Shown: positions 34,592 through 45,060, counted from the stretch's first letter. The stretch is 49,427 nucleotides of DNA from Lawsonibacter sp. (GCA_022791075.1 JAAVYL010000071.1:1-49427), one strand, 5' to 3'. A program made the numbers and translations. The notes: a model not told the origin generated them from the letters alone.

Positions 34592-35386
34592 TTACTCCAA
34601 GCAACTGAGAACTGCCCAGGCCGCACCCTCCTGGCTGTTGGGGGGTGCAATCCGCAGGGCGGCGTCCTTCACGCTTTGGGGGGCATTGCCCATGGCGATG
34701 GGCATTCCCGCCGTCCGGAGGGCCTCCAGGTCATTGGCGCTGTCCCCCACGGCGGCGCACCGCTCCAGGGGGACGCCATACGCCCCGGCGATGAGGGCCA
34801 GCGCCCGCCCCTTGTCCGCCCCGGCGGCCACCAGCTCAAAGTCGTGGCTGCTGGAGGCGGTGAGGAACACCCCCTCCAGCCCGGCCAGCGCCCGGATGGG
34901 GTACCGGCTGGGGTCTAGCTCTCCGTGGAGCTTGGTCAGGGGGAGGCGGTGCTCCTCCATATATCCTAAGGGGTCGTCGGTGACCACGGCGTTTTCGTGA
35001 AAGACGGGGAAGGGGTAGTACCGCTCCAGCTCCCTCTTGTACCGGGAGCCCACCAGGGTTTTCTCCCCGGCGAAGATGAGCAGACCCACCTCCTCCCAGC
35101 CCAGCACCAGCTCCAGGGCCCGGCGGCCGGAGGGCTCCGGCACGTCCCACCTGCGGAGGGTCCGCCCGCGGTCCTGCACCAGCGCGCCCCCCGTGGAGGA
35201 GGTCAGCGTGTCGCACCCCGCCTCCCGGGCAAACCACTCCGCCTCCCGGCAGTCGCGGCCGGTGTTGACAATCACCCGAATTCCCGCGGCCCTCGCCCTG
35301 GCAATGGCCGCCCTGGAGGGGGCGGTGACCTGTCCCTTCGGGTCCAAAAGGGTGCCGTCCAGGTCCAGAGAAATGAGCTCAATCAC
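34592..35386 (-). CDS. Cof-type HAD-IIB hydrolase
   Basis: DLDGTLL, TGR, DKG.AL, GDSANDL and AMGNA; GTG start overlaps the feoB stop (GTGA). Confidence 0.9.
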   Translation of the reverse strand: MIELISLDLDGTLLDPKGQVTAPSRAAIARARAAGIRVIVNTGRDCREAEWFAREAGCDTLTSSTGGALVQDRGRTLRRWDVPEPSGRRALELVLGWEEVGLLIFAGEKTLVGSRYKRELERYYPFPVFHENAVVTDDPLGYMEEHRLPLTKLHGELDPSRYPIRALAGLEGVFLTASSSHDFELVAAGADKGRALALIAGAYGVPLERCAAVGDSANDLEALRTAGMPIAMGNAPQSVKDAALRIAPPNSQEGAAWAVLSCLE

Positions 35387-37782
35387 AGGAGCAATCCCCC
35401 AATCTGATACACCAGCATGGATGCGAGATAGGCGCAGCCCACCTGCCATGCGATGGAGAACCAGGCCCACCTCCGGCTGTTCATCTCCTTGAAGAGGGTG
35501 GACACGGCGGCCACACAGGGGACATACAGCAGGATAAATACCAGCATGGAAAAGGCGGCCAGGGGGGTGAAGCCGGTCATGGCGGCGGCCACCTCTCCGC
35601 TGGCGGCGGTGAGGGAGAAGCCGTAGAACATGGACAGCGACGAGACCACCATTTCCTTGGCGACGAGGCCGGTGAGCAGGGCCACGGCGGCCTGCCAGTG
35701 TCCAAAGCCGCAGGGGGCAAAGAGGGGGGCGATCACGCCGCCCAGGGCCCCCAGCATACTCCGGGAGGCGTCCTCCACCATGCGCAGGGAGAAGTCAAAG
35801 GACTGGAGCAGCCACAGCACCATGGACATGAGGAGAATCAGGGTGCCGGCCTTCACCAGAAAGCCCTTTACCTTCTGCCACACATGGGTGAGCATGTTGC
35901 CCAGGGAGGGCAGGCGATAGGGGGGCAGCTCCAGCACAAAGGGGGCGGGTTCCCCGGCGAAGAGGGTTTTTTTGAAGAAGAGGCCCGAGGCAATGCCCAC
36001 CAGCATCCCGATGATATACAGCCCGAACACCACCAGTCCCGCCCAGGGGCCGAAAAAGGCGGCGGAGATGAGCCCATAGACGGGCAGCTTGGCGGAGCAG
36101 GACATAAAGGGGATGAGGAGAATGGTCATCCGCCGGTCCTTTTCGTTTTCCATGGTCCGGGCCCCCAGGATGGCGGGAACCGAACAGCCGAAGCCCATGA
36201 GCATGGGGATGAACGCCTTTCCGCTGAGCCCGAACCGGCGCAGAGCCCGGTCCATGATGAAGGCCGCGCGGGACATGTAGCCTGAGTCCTCCAGGAAGGA
36301 GAGGAAGAAGAAGAGCAGGGCAATCTGGGGCAGAAATACCAAAACGCCCCCCACTCCGGCGATGATGCCGTCGCAGATCAGGCTGACCAGAACGTGGGAC
36401 ACCCCAAAGCCCGTCAGCGCTGGGGCCAGCCAGACGGACAGGGCGTCCATTCCCGCCCCCACCCCGTCAGACAGCCAGGAGCCGAAGGGACCAAAGGTGA
36501 CCACAAACATCACCAGCATGGTGCACAGAAACAGGGGGATGGCCCAGATGCGATGGGTGACCACCCTGTCGATTCTCTCGCTGAAGGTCAGCTCTCCAGG
36601 GACGCCCCCCCGAATCACTGACGTCCCCACCACCCTCTGGATATACTGGTAGCGGCTGTCGGCAATGAGAGTCTCCCGGTCGCCTAAATCGCTGGAGTTC
36701 TCATACTCGGCCACCAGGGCGTCCAGCCGGGTTCTCACCTCCGGGGGGAGGCTGAGGGCCCGCTCCACAATGGAATCCCCCTCCAGCAGCTTAATGGAGG
36801 CCCAGTGGGCGGGGAGGCCGGCGGCGTAGGCGTAGTCATGGAGGAGCTCGCCCATGCGGTGATGGATGTCGTGGGTGTAGTCGTCATAGAGGTCGTCGGG
36901 CTCCACAGTAACCCCCAGGTGCATCTGCCGGTGGGCAATGTGCATCAGTGTCTCAATGCCCTCCCCCGTCCGGGCGGTGATGGGCACAATGGGGATGCCC
37001 AGCTCCTTGGACAGCCGGTCTACATTAATTCGGTCCCCCCGCTTCTCCACCTCGTCCATGAAATTCAGGGCCACAACCGTGGGCCGCTCCAGCTCCAGCA
37101 GCTGAACCGTGAGGTAGAGATTTCGTTCCAGATTGGTGGCGTCCACAATGTCAATGACGCAGTCCGGCTTCTCCCCTATGATAAAATCCCGGGCCACAAT
37201 CTCCTCCATGGAGTAGGGGGACAGGGAGTAGATGCCCGGCAGGTCCACCACAGTCACCGTCCGGTCGCCGATGCGGGCCTCCCCCTCCTTCTTCTCCACA
37301 GTGACCCCTGGCCAGTTGCCCACATACTGGTTGGAGCCGGTAAGTGCGTTGAACAATGTAGTTTTGCCGCAGTTGGGGTTGCCAGCCAGAGCAATGCGCA
37401 TGGTGCGCCTGTCGTGGTCGGCGGGGTCATAGCGCCCGCTGTGCTCGGCCAGCTCGTGCTCGTGGGCCCGAAGCTGGCGGCGGACGGTCTCCGGGTCGGG
37501 GGCGCGGCGGGTCATGGCCCCCCGGGCAGCGCCCGTCCCTCTGGGCGGCGGCTGGCCCATGACAATCTGTCCCGCATCCTCCTTCCGCAGAGACAGCTCA
37601 TACCCCCGGAGGGAGACCTCAATGGGGTCCCCCAGAGGGGCAATCTTGGTCACCCTCACCTCGGTGCCCGGGGTGAGGCCCATGTCTACCAGGCGGCGCT
37701 TCACCGTTCCTGATTTGTTGCTGATGGATATAATCGTCCCACTCTGACCGGGGGACAGGTCCTCCAAGGTTCGTTTGTCCAT
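35383..37782 (-). CDS. feoB: Ferrous iron transporter FeoB with fused N-terminal FeoA domain
   Basis: FeoA (RRLVDMGLTPG, APLGDP, LSLRK), His-rich linker, G1 GNPNCGKT, NWPGVT, DLPG, gate motifs GFGCSVP and YVPC. Confidence 0.95.
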   Translation of the reverse strand: MDKRTLEDLSPGQSGTIISISNKSGTVKRRLVDMGLTPGTEVRVTKIAPLGDPIEVSLRGYELSLRKEDAGQIVMGQPPPRGTGAARGAMTRRAPDPETVRRQLRAHEHELAEHSGRYDPADHDRRTMRIALAGNPNCGKTTLFNALTGSNQYVGNWPGVTVEKKEGEARIGDRTVTVVDLPGIYSLSPYSMEEIVARDFIIGEKPDCVIDIVDATNLERNLYLTVQLLELERPTVVALNFMDEVEKRGDRINVDRLSKELGIPIVPITARTGEGIETLMHIAHRQMHLGVTVEPDDLYDDYTHDIHHRMGELLHDYAYAAGLPAHWASIKLLEGDSIVERALSLPPEVRTRLDALVAEYENSSDLGDRETLIADSRYQYIQRVVGTSVIRGGVPGELTFSERIDRVVTHRIWAIPLFLCTMLVMFVVTFGPFGSWLSDGVGAGMDALSVWLAPALTGFGVSHVLVSLICDGIIAGVGGVLVFLPQIALLFFFLSFLEDSGYMSRAAFIMDRALRRFGLSGKAFIPMLMGFGCSVPAILGARTMENEKDRRMTILLIPFMSCSAKLPVYGLISAAFFGPWAGLVVFGLYIIGMLVGIASGLFFKKTLFAGEPAPFVLELPPYRLPSLGNMLTHVWQKVKGFLVKAGTLILLMSMVLWLLQSFDFSLRMVEDASRSMLGALGGVIAPLFAPCGFGHWQAAVALLTGLVAKEMVVSSLSMFYGFSLTAASGEVAAAMTGFTPLAAFSMLVFILLYVPCVAAVSTLFKEMNSRRWAWFSIAWQVGCAYLASMLVYQIGGLLL

Positions 37783-37796
37783 AGAATCCTCCAGCG

Positions 37797-37849
37797 AGTT
37801 AGTTGCGACTTACTATCAAAGTTTTACCACATCCCATCCGAATTGTCAA
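37797..37849 (-). promoter_or_regulatory. feoB promoter with imperfect palindrome (metal-repressor box candidate)
   Basis: TTGACA-N17-TAAAAC(T); AGTTAGT-tgcg-ACTTACT at 37797-37814, between -10 and RBS, resembles DtxR/MntR-type GTTAG-N6-CTAAC sites. Confidence 0.45.
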
Positions 37850-37885
37850 GATGTTTTTGCCGCTCCCCATGTAAAAATCAGGCAG

Positions 37886-37914
37886 AAAAATTCCCCGGCG
37901 GACGCCGGGGAATT
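37886..37914 (-). terminator. Intrinsic terminator of the sugar ABC operon
   Basis: Minus strand AATTCCCCGGCG-tc-CGCCGGGGAATT followed by TTT. Confidence 0.75.
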
Positions 37915-38031
37915 GTCGTCTATTCACAATACATTGGCACCGCCGGACAGACCCTCGTGCCCTGGAGGCAGACCGGGCTCAGGCCCGCAGCCGGCGCGCA
38001 GTCCCGGCGTTCTGCCGGAGCCGGGCCCTTT

Positions 38032-38889
38032 TCAGCCCTTGAGTGCGCCCTCCAGCATACCCTTTACCACATGTTTATTTAAAGTGGCGTAAATAATGAT
38101 CACCGGAAGGGTGGAGATTACCAGGCCCGCGAACAGGGCGCCCCAGGCATTTTGATGCTGGGCATTGTTGGACAGCAAATTCATCATAACCCCCAGGGTC
38201 TTCTTTTCCGGCGTCTGAATATAGATCAGCGCCATAAAATACTCGCTCCAGAACTGGATTACGTTCATCACCACGACTGTGATAATGCCGGACCGGATCA
38301 GCTGGGGCAGGAGGCGGAAGAGTATCCCGCACCGGCTCATGCCGTCAATAATGGACGCCTCTTCCAGGGTCACCGGTACCGACCCAATAAAGCTGCTGAG
38401 GATATAGATGCTGAACGGCAGCTTTCCAACCGCATAGATGAGCGACAAAACAGCCAGATTATCCAGCAGGTTCAGGCGGAACAGCAGGAAGTACAGCGGA
38501 ATCCAACCCATGCAGGCGGGAATCATCATGGCGGTGAGGTAAAAGTTCATCAGCACCCGGTTCCCCCGGAACGCATACCGCTCAATGACATAGGCAGCAG
38601 GGATTGCCATAGTCAGGTTCAGCACTGTGGCCAGTACTGTGACAAACAGCGTGTTTAAAAAGGCCTGCCCCACCTTATAATCCACCCAGGCCATCACATA
38701 ATTTTCAAGATGAAGCGTGTCCGGCAGGCTCCATGTGGACAAAAATATCCCATTCGTGTCCTTAAAAGAGCTGATCATCATCCACAGCAGCGGGTATATC
38801 ACTGCCGCCGCCCAGAGAATCAAAAATCCCCGCAGCAGAACGCCTGCTGCCCGGCGGCCAGCGCAGGAAATCAGTGTGTCTCCTCTCAA
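38032..38889 (-). CDS. Carbohydrate ABC transporter permease (MalG-like)
   Basis: P..WM..SSFK, ENY..AW, LEEAS.IDG EAA loop and G..EGALKG; probable TTG start at 38889. Confidence 0.92.
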   Translation of the reverse strand: MRGDTLISCAGRRAAGVLLRGFLILWAAAVIYPLLWMMISSFKDTNGIFLSTWSLPDTLHLENYVMAWVDYKVGQAFLNTLFVTVLATVLNLTMAIPAAYVIERYAFRGNRVLMNFYLTAMMIPACMGWIPLYFLLFRLNLLDNLAVLSLIYAVGKLPFSIYILSSFIGSVPVTLEEASIIDGMSRCGILFRLLPQLIRSGIITVVVMNVIQFWSEYFMALIYIQTPEKKTLGVMMNLLSNNAQHQNAWGALFAGLVISTLPVIIIYATLNKHVVKGMLEGALKG

Positions 38890-38908
38890 CGCAATCCCTC
38901 CTCTCCAG

Positions 38909-39799
38909 TCAAAATTCCACCTTTTCACGGCGAAGCACCAGCTGTGCTATGAGCACAGTGGCCAAGTTCAGCACCAAAATCATCACGCCGATTGCCGCGG
39001 CATACCCAAAGTTATAGTTTGTAAAGGCCTGCTGGTAGAGATAGGAGCCCATCACCTGGGTGGCGTTGGCGGGCCCGCCCAGCGTGGTCAGCTGCACCAG
39101 CACATAGGATCCGTTCAGCGTGGTGGTGATGATATAGACCACGGAAGTCTTGATCTGCGGCCAAATCAGCGGAATGGTAATCTGGCAGAACTGCCGCCAT
39201 CTGCCGGCCCCGTCAATCTCTGCGGCCTCGTAGAGCTCCCGGGGAATATTACTGATAGCCCCCATCAGCATCAGCATAAACAGCCCCACGCCCGCCCAGA
39301 TCAGCACCACAGCAATACAGGGGAGGGCCGTGTGCAGGTCACCCAGCCAGCTGCGCTTCAACTCGTCCAGCCCTGCCGCACCGAGCAGAGCGTTCAGAAG
39401 CCCCATGTTGGAGCTGAAAATAAAGGTCCACAGAATAGCTGTGGTAACCACAGGCATCACATTCGGGAAGAAATAGACAAAGCGGTAAAAGGCAGTGCCG
39501 CGGGGCTTGAGCTGGGCCAGGACAACGGCAAACAGCAGCGCCAGGGCCATAATAAAGATCACCTTGACGGCAACCAGAAAGTAATCATTAAAAATGGTTC
39601 TCGGAATCACAGGGTCCTTCAGCAGGCGCAGATAGTTGTTCAGTCCGATAAAGGTCCTCCTTCCGCTCAGTCCGCTCCATTTGAAGAACGACATATACAG
39701 CCCGTCAAACAGGGGGTAGATAGTAAAAATGCAGAACAGAAGCAGGGTCGGAAGGGTACAGAAAAGGACAAACATGCGCCGGTTTCTCTTTTGATTCAT
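38909..39799 (-). CDS. Carbohydrate ABC transporter permease (MalF-like)
   Basis: FIGLNNY, GLLNALL, IPRELYEAAEIDGA, GGPANAT and GYAAA. Confidence 0.93.
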   Translation of the reverse strand: MNQKRNRRMFVLFCTLPTLLLFCIFTIYPLFDGLYMSFFKWSGLSGRRTFIGLNNYLRLLKDPVIPRTIFNDYFLVAVKVIFIMALALLFAVVLAQLKPRGTAFYRFVYFFPNVMPVVTTAILWTFIFSSNMGLLNALLGAAGLDELKRSWLGDLHTALPCIAVVLIWAGVGLFMLMLMGAISNIPRELYEAAEIDGAGRWRQFCQITIPLIWPQIKTSVVYIITTTLNGSYVLVQLTTLGGPANATQVMGSYLYQQAFTNYNFGYAAAIGVMILVLNLATVLIAQLVLRREKVEF

Positions 39800-39822
39800 A
39801 TGCCACCTCTTTGGTTTGGACG

Positions 39823-39848
39823 GCGTATACGGGGCCGCCCGTATACGC
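39823..39848 (-). promoter_or_regulatory. Intra-operon stem-loop after the SBP gene (mRNA stabiliser or partial terminator)
   Basis: GCGTATACGGG-gccg-CCCGTATACGC, at the usual position for sugar ABC operons. Confidence 0.6.
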
Positions 39849-39859
39849 TGCCGTGGCGG

Positions 39860-41206
39860 TTACTTGTTGCTGCGGTAAAATTCAGCAATATCTTCTGCCT
39901 GACGGCAGAACTCCTCTGCATCAATCTCCCCCATAAGCAGAAGATTGATGACGTCGCCGATGGGATTTTGCAGATCAGTAGACATGGCGTGGTCAATGGA
40001 TATGATCTCACACCGGCTGGCGTCAGCGAGCATCTCTGTTGCGGTGAGCAGGTAAGACGGAACACTGCTGCTGCCTGAGTAGTCAATATTTTTCAGATTC
40101 AGAGAGGTTCCAGCCATCTCCGCCATTTTGACCGCGCTCTCAGGGCTGAACATAAAGGCCAGGAACGCCTTGGCTGCCGCGGGATTTTTAGCCCCTTGGG
40201 CAATGCCCACGCTCTTGATGTCCGGAATGGTACAGGCCGGCTTGCCCGTGTCATTCATGGGGGTGGGGATCATTCCGAATTCAAAGCCGTCCGGGATGGA
40301 GCCCTTCATCTCATTGGGGAGCCAGAAGCCAGTGGCCACAAAGTAATTTTTGTGATTCAGGAAAGACATCTGAGACTCCGTGTGGGTTTCTCCGGCAAAG
40401 TTGGGGTCCACCAGGCCGGCATCCACAATCTCCTGCAGCTTTTTCATGACGGAAAGGCACTCCGGAGAGGACCAGGCCCCCTCCTCGCCGTCGATCACGG
40501 ACATCAGGAAATCCTTTCCGCCCGCGTCGGCAAAAGCCGGATACATGACGCCCTTCATAAAGACAGACGGGTATACCCCTGTGGAGCCCAGAGGGGACAC
40601 GCCGGTTTCAGATTTAATCTGCTTCATTACGCTGATCCAGGAGTCGAAATCGGAGGGAACCATCCAGCCTCTGGAAGCAAACTCCGCAGCGTCATACCAT
40701 ACGCAGCGGTTATCATAGATGATAGGCAGGGCGTATACCTTTCCCCCATAGTTGCTGGGGTCCACCAGGAAATTGTCCTTCAGAAGGGAGCCATCCTCCA
40801 TGGTGAGGTTCTGATACCAGTCGGTCAGATCCAGCAGCTGGCCGTCCTCCACAAAGGTGGTCTCAGATACGCTGGGGCCGTCCAGATAGACCAGATCGGG
40901 GGGATTTTCCGAGATCCAGCGGGTGGTCATGGTCTCGTTGATGTCGGAACCGGCATTTACAACAACCTCCACCTCGGGATATTCATCCTCAAACGCCTCC
41001 ACCAGCCACTCCCACCAGTCGCTGCCGTAGCCGCCCACAAAATATTGGATCTCCAGCGTTCCGGATACAGCTCCGTCCTTGGGCGGGGCGGACGTATCAG
41101 TGCCCGGCGTGCCAGAGGAGGAGGTTCCATGGCCGCAGCCAGCCAGCGGCAGGGCCATCAGGATGGCCAGGGCCAGACTAAACAGACGTTTGTGCATCTT
41201 CTTCAT
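39860..41206 (-). CDS. Carbohydrate ABC transporter substrate-binding lipoprotein
   Basis: LAGC lipobox; FVGGYG.DWW, PPDL, GKVYALP and G.WLPNE, resembling NgcE-type amino-sugar SBPs. Confidence 0.9.
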   Translation of the reverse strand: MKKMHKRLFSLALAILMALPLAGCGHGTSSSGTPGTDTSAPPKDGAVSGTLEIQYFVGGYGSDWWEWLVEAFEDEYPEVEVVVNAGSDINETMTTRWISENPPDLVYLDGPSVSETTFVEDGQLLDLTDWYQNLTMEDGSLLKDNFLVDPSNYGGKVYALPIIYDNRCVWYDAAEFASRGWMVPSDFDSWISVMKQIKSETGVSPLGSTGVYPSVFMKGVMYPAFADAGGKDFLMSVIDGEEGAWSSPECLSVMKKLQEIVDAGLVDPNFAGETHTESQMSFLNHKNYFVATGFWLPNEMKGSIPDGFEFGMIPTPMNDTGKPACTIPDIKSVGIAQGAKNPAAAKAFLAFMFSPESAVKMAEMAGTSLNLKNIDYSGSSSVPSYLLTATEMLADASRCEIISIDHAMSTDLQNPIGDVINLLLMGEIDAEEFCRQAEDIAEFYRSNK

Positions 41207-41268
41207 AGAAACCCTTCTTTCTTTCGTATGTTGGCATAAGCCTGACGTTTGCTGCCGGAGCGAGCGTT

Positions 41269-42933
41269 TTACAGTTGGCATTTGTATTCGGAGGCGGCCC
41301 GCTCCCGGCTTACCAGACCATCCTCCACATCCCGCAGCAGGGCCGCACGGTCCCGCTGCGCCGGCTCTCCCCAGCCGCCTCCGCCGCTGGTCTCGATATA
41401 CAGCCGGTCATTTTTCTGGAAGCGCACTCTGGCCTTGGAGGGAAGATGCTCCACCCTTCCGTCCGCCCTTTTCACGGTAAAGCGGGCTCCCCGGGCACTC
41501 CCTCCGCCCGACAGCCCCCAGGGGGGCGCGGCAACCCGGTCAGAGGCTATGAAGCAGTCCACCTCGTCGGTCTGAAACTCCAGCACCCGCTGTATGCCAA
41601 AGCCGCCCCGGTGCAGACCCGGCCCCTCAGAATCGGGGAGCAGGCCATACCGGATGACCTTCACCGGCATAATATTCTCCAGAACCTCTACGGGGGTATT
41701 CCGGGTGTTGGTCATGTGGGTGTTAACGCCGCTGGTACCGTCCTGGTCCCATGTGGCCCCATAGCCGCCCCCTACTGTCTCCCCGTTGGCAAAATAGGAG
41801 TGGGATTTCGGGTCGTACCCTCCCAGCTGGATCCCGTTCATAGAGCCGCAGGCCGCAGCGCAGGCCTTTTCCGGAACCGCCTGAGCCAGGGCGCCAATGA
41901 GCACGTCCACCAGGCGCTGGCAGGTAATGGAGTTCCCGGAGCCCGTTGCCGCCGGGTACACGGCGTTGACCAGGGAGCCCTCCGGCGTAATCACGTCAAA
42001 CCGGCGATAGGTGCCGGAATTGGGAGGGATAGTGGGGTCGGTCATGGCCCGGACCACATAGTAGATGCAGGCCAGCGCCATTGGCCGCACACAGTTGAGC
42101 GGACCGGTGACCTGCGGGCAGGTTCCAGTGAAATCAATTTTAATACGGGGACCTCCCGTTGTAACAGCAGCCCGGATGCGCAGCGGCTCCTGGGTGGTCA
42201 CGCCGTCCCCCTCAAGGAAATCCTCAAACGTGAACGTGCCCGCGGGCAATTTTTCAAGCTCAGCGGCCATACGGCGGTCGCAGTAGTTTTCCAGCTCGGT
42301 CACGGCCTCCAGGACCAGCTCGGCCCCCATCTCACTGCACAGCTCCTCAAACCGCTTGGCGCCCACATTATTTGCGGCGATCTGGGCCATCAGGTCCCCT
42401 CCGCTCTCATATTTGGTGCGAATATTGGCCTGGAACATTCCAAATATTTCCGGATCAATGGTCCCCTCCTTTTTTATCTTTACCGGAGGAAACTGAATCC
42501 CCTCATGAAAAATTTCAGTGGCATCCGGGGTGAGGGAGCCGGGCACCTTCCCGCCCACATCCACGTGATGGGCCAAATTGCCCACAAAGGCCACCAGCTT
42601 TCCCTGGTAGAAGATAGGGGAAAAAATAATAATATCCGGCAGATGGGTACCGCCAATAAAAGGGTCGTTGTGCATAATGGCGTCTCCCGGGCGCAGGGCG
42701 GCCTTGTCAATGTGCTTCAGGGCCCCTTTTACCCCCCAGGGCAGCACGCCGGAGTGCACCGGGATATGCTCCGCCTGGGCAATGGTGTCGCCCTCTACGT
42801 TGAACAGCGCGCAGGAGCAGTCCCTCCGGTCCTTGATGTTGGTAGAATATGCGGTGCGAATCAGTGCCGCGCCCATCTCCTCTGTAATGGCGAAAAATCG
42901 GTTGCGCATAACCTCCAGTGTAATGGCGTCCAT
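41269..42933 (-). CDS. Hydantoinase B / 5-oxoprolinase subunit
   Basis: RTAYSTNIKDRRDCSCA, NDPFIGGTHLPD, HHVDVGG, GGGYGA, NTPVE and GGGGWG.P. Confidence 0.93.
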   Translation of the reverse strand: MDAITLEVMRNRFFAITEEMGAALIRTAYSTNIKDRRDCSCALFNVEGDTIAQAEHIPVHSGVLPWGVKGALKHIDKAALRPGDAIMHNDPFIGGTHLPDIIIFSPIFYQGKLVAFVGNLAHHVDVGGKVPGSLTPDATEIFHEGIQFPPVKIKKEGTIDPEIFGMFQANIRTKYESGGDLMAQIAANNVGAKRFEELCSEMGAELVLEAVTELENYCDRRMAAELEKLPAGTFTFEDFLEGDGVTTQEPLRIRAAVTTGGPRIKIDFTGTCPQVTGPLNCVRPMALACIYYVVRAMTDPTIPPNSGTYRRFDVITPEGSLVNAVYPAATGSGNSITCQRLVDVLIGALAQAVPEKACAAACGSMNGIQLGGYDPKSHSYFANGETVGGGYGATWDQDGTSGVNTHMTNTRNTPVEVLENIMPVKVIRYGLLPDSEGPGLHRGGFGIQRVLEFQTDEVDCFIASDRVAAPPWGLSGGGSARGARFTVKRADGRVEHLPSKARVRFQKNDRLYIETSGGGGWGEPAQRDRAALLRDVEDGLVSRERAASEYKCQL

Positions 42934-42946
42934 ATTCCGTCCCCCT

Positions 42947-45028
42947 TTACTCCGCACTGGCCACTGCGGTGCGGTATGCCTCGCGGCCGGCAATCGTTAC
43001 AATAATATTGCGGTATTCGTCCACCCAGGCCTGATCTCCCGGGCCGATGACAGAGGTTGCCCCGTGCTCCGCTACAATGGCAGGTCCGGTGAAGCGGTCA
43101 TTGGCCTTGAGCCGGGCGCGGTCGAAGATCCCGGTCTGCATCCATTTCCCGGAGAAATAGGCCGGCCGGATCTGAACGGGTTCTGCGCTGCCAGTACCGG
43201 GCCGGCTTTTGGCATAAAGGGCGGTGTGGTCGGTTTTTCCCACAACCGACAGCCGGAGGCTGACAATCTCCACAGGGTCATCGTCCTTCCGGAAGCCGTA
43301 GGACTGCTGGTGCCGTCTGCTGAACTCCTCCACCAGCTGCTGCCAGACAGTCCGGTCCACCGGCTGGTCCCCAACCTCCACTGTCAGCTCATAGGCCTGT
43401 CCAAAATATCGAATATCCACCTTGCGCTGGAAATCGACCTCCTCCCTTCGAACATGGTCCCGCTCCATCTCCTCCCGGGCTGTTTCCTCCAGGGCCCTGA
43501 AAAGCGCCTCCATTTTATCCAGGTCCACATCCCGCTGGTGCTTATGGTAGGTGCACGCCTCATCATAGCGAATGGGAGCCACCAGCAGTCCGAAAGCGGA
43601 GAAATTGCCTGGGGCGACCGGAATCACAACCGTGGGGATGTCCAGAGCCCGGGCCAGGTCCACGGCGTGGAGGGCGCCCGCGCCGCCATAGGGCATCAAA
43701 ACAAACTTTCGGGGATCAATTCCCTTTTCCACTGTCATAACCCGGATTGCACGGACCATATTTGCATTTGCCACCCGCAGAATGCCCTCCGCAGCCTCCT
43801 CCACCGTCATGTGAAGCGCGTTTGCCAGCCGGTCCTCAATCGCCCTGCGGGCAGCGGGAATATCCAGCTTCATAGCGCCGCCCAGCAGCTCGCCGCCCAC
43901 CCGTCCTAATACGGCGTGGGCATCCGTTACGGCGGGCTCCTCACCCCCCTTGCTGTAGCAGACGGGGCCGGGAACCGCCCCTGCGCTCCGCGGGCCGACC
44001 CGCAGCGCCCCGCCGGCGTCCAGCCACGCAACAGAGCCGCCTCCGGCGCCGATGGTCGTGATATCAATGTGCGGGAATTTAACAGGGAAGCCCTCAATCA
44101 CGCCCTCGCCGGTGATGCCTACCTTCCCGTTCTGCACCACTGCCACATCAAAGGACGTGCCGCCCAGGTCCCCGGTGATGATATTGCGGTATGGAGTAAT
44201 TCTGGCCAAAAATTCCGCGGCCAAGGCTCCGCCGGCCGGACCGGACAGCAGGGTATTCACGCTGCGGGAGGCGGACACCTGGTCCGTCATCATGCCTCCA
44301 GAGGACTGCATAATGGTAAGGGGCGCACAGATGTCATTTTCATCCAGCCGGCCACGCAGCTGGGAAACATAGTGCTGCATCCTGGGCTGCACATAGGCGT
44401 TAAGCACAGTGGTGTTCATCCGTTCAAATTCCCGGAACTCCGGCAGAATCTCACTGGAGACCGATACCGGAAAATCGGGGGCTATCTCCCGGATCCCCTC
44501 CAGGGCGCGCTGTTCGTTTTCGGGGTTGGCATAGGAGTGGAGAAAACAAACCGCAATGGACTCCACATGCGCCGCAATCAGCTCCTTCACCTTCCTTTTC
44601 AGGTCTTCGACATCCAGCTGGACCAGGAGCGAACCGTTGTGGAGGGTGCGTTCCTTTGCCTCCAGCCGCAGGCGCCGGGGAATCAGCGGCTCCGGCTTTC
44701 GGGCATGAAGATCATACAGCTCCGGACGGCTCTGCCGGCCGATGTGCAGCACATCCCGAAATCCCTCCGTTGTAATAAGCGCAGTAACCGCACCATTTCG
44801 CTCCAGCAGGGTGTTGGTGGCCACTGTGGTGCCGTGGGCCACGCTGGTCACGCTGTCCGCCGGCGCGCCCATCTGCTCCAGCAGGATACGAATCCCATTC
44901 AGCACACCGATGCTCTGATCCTGCGGGGTGGAGGGAGTTTTGGCGAAAAAGACCTCCCCAGCCCCGTTGATTCCCACCACATCTGTAAAAGTTCCTCCCA
45001 CATCGACGCCAAGCTTTAGTTCTGTCAT
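42947..45028 (-). CDS. Hydantoinase A / 5-oxoprolinase ATP-binding subunit
   Basis: GVDVGGTFTD, HGTTVATN, SGPAGG, DLGGTSFD, TIGAGGGS and SAGAVPGP; ATG 45028 with RBS GGAGG. Confidence 0.93.
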   Translation of the reverse strand: MTELKLGVDVGGTFTDVVGINGAGEVFFAKTPSTPQDQSIGVLNGIRILLEQMGAPADSVTSVAHGTTVATNTLLERNGAVTALITTEGFRDVLHIGRQSRPELYDLHARKPEPLIPRRLRLEAKERTLHNGSLLVQLDVEDLKRKVKELIAAHVESIAVCFLHSYANPENEQRALEGIREIAPDFPVSVSSEILPEFREFERMNTTVLNAYVQPRMQHYVSQLRGRLDENDICAPLTIMQSSGGMMTDQVSASRSVNTLLSGPAGGALAAEFLARITPYRNIITGDLGGTSFDVAVVQNGKVGITGEGVIEGFPVKFPHIDITTIGAGGGSVAWLDAGGALRVGPRSAGAVPGPVCYSKGGEEPAVTDAHAVLGRVGGELLGGAMKLDIPAARRAIEDRLANALHMTVEEAAEGILRVANANMVRAIRVMTVEKGIDPRKFVLMPYGGAGALHAVDLARALDIPTVVIPVAPGNFSAFGLLVAPIRYDEACTYHKHQRDVDLDKMEALFRALEETAREEMERDHVRREEVDFQRKVDIRYFGQAYELTVEVGDQPVDRTVWQQLVEEFSRRHQQSYGFRKDDDPVEIVSLRLSVVGKTDHTALYAKSRPGTGSAEPVQIRPAYFSGKWMQTGIFDRARLKANDRFTGPAIVAEHGATSVIGPGDQAWVDEYRNIIVTIAGREAYRTAVASAE

Positions 45029-45060
45029 ATCACTCAACCTCCTGCGCATAAGTGAACCGC

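Noticed and set aside
13682-45019. Long antisense ORFs (e.g. 13682..14980 -, 16742..18298 +, 23064..24464 +, 29010..30767 -, 31223..33133 +, 41275..43005 +)
   Set aside because: Shadow frames opposite well-supported genes, expected with GC-rich third codon positions; no recognisable domains.
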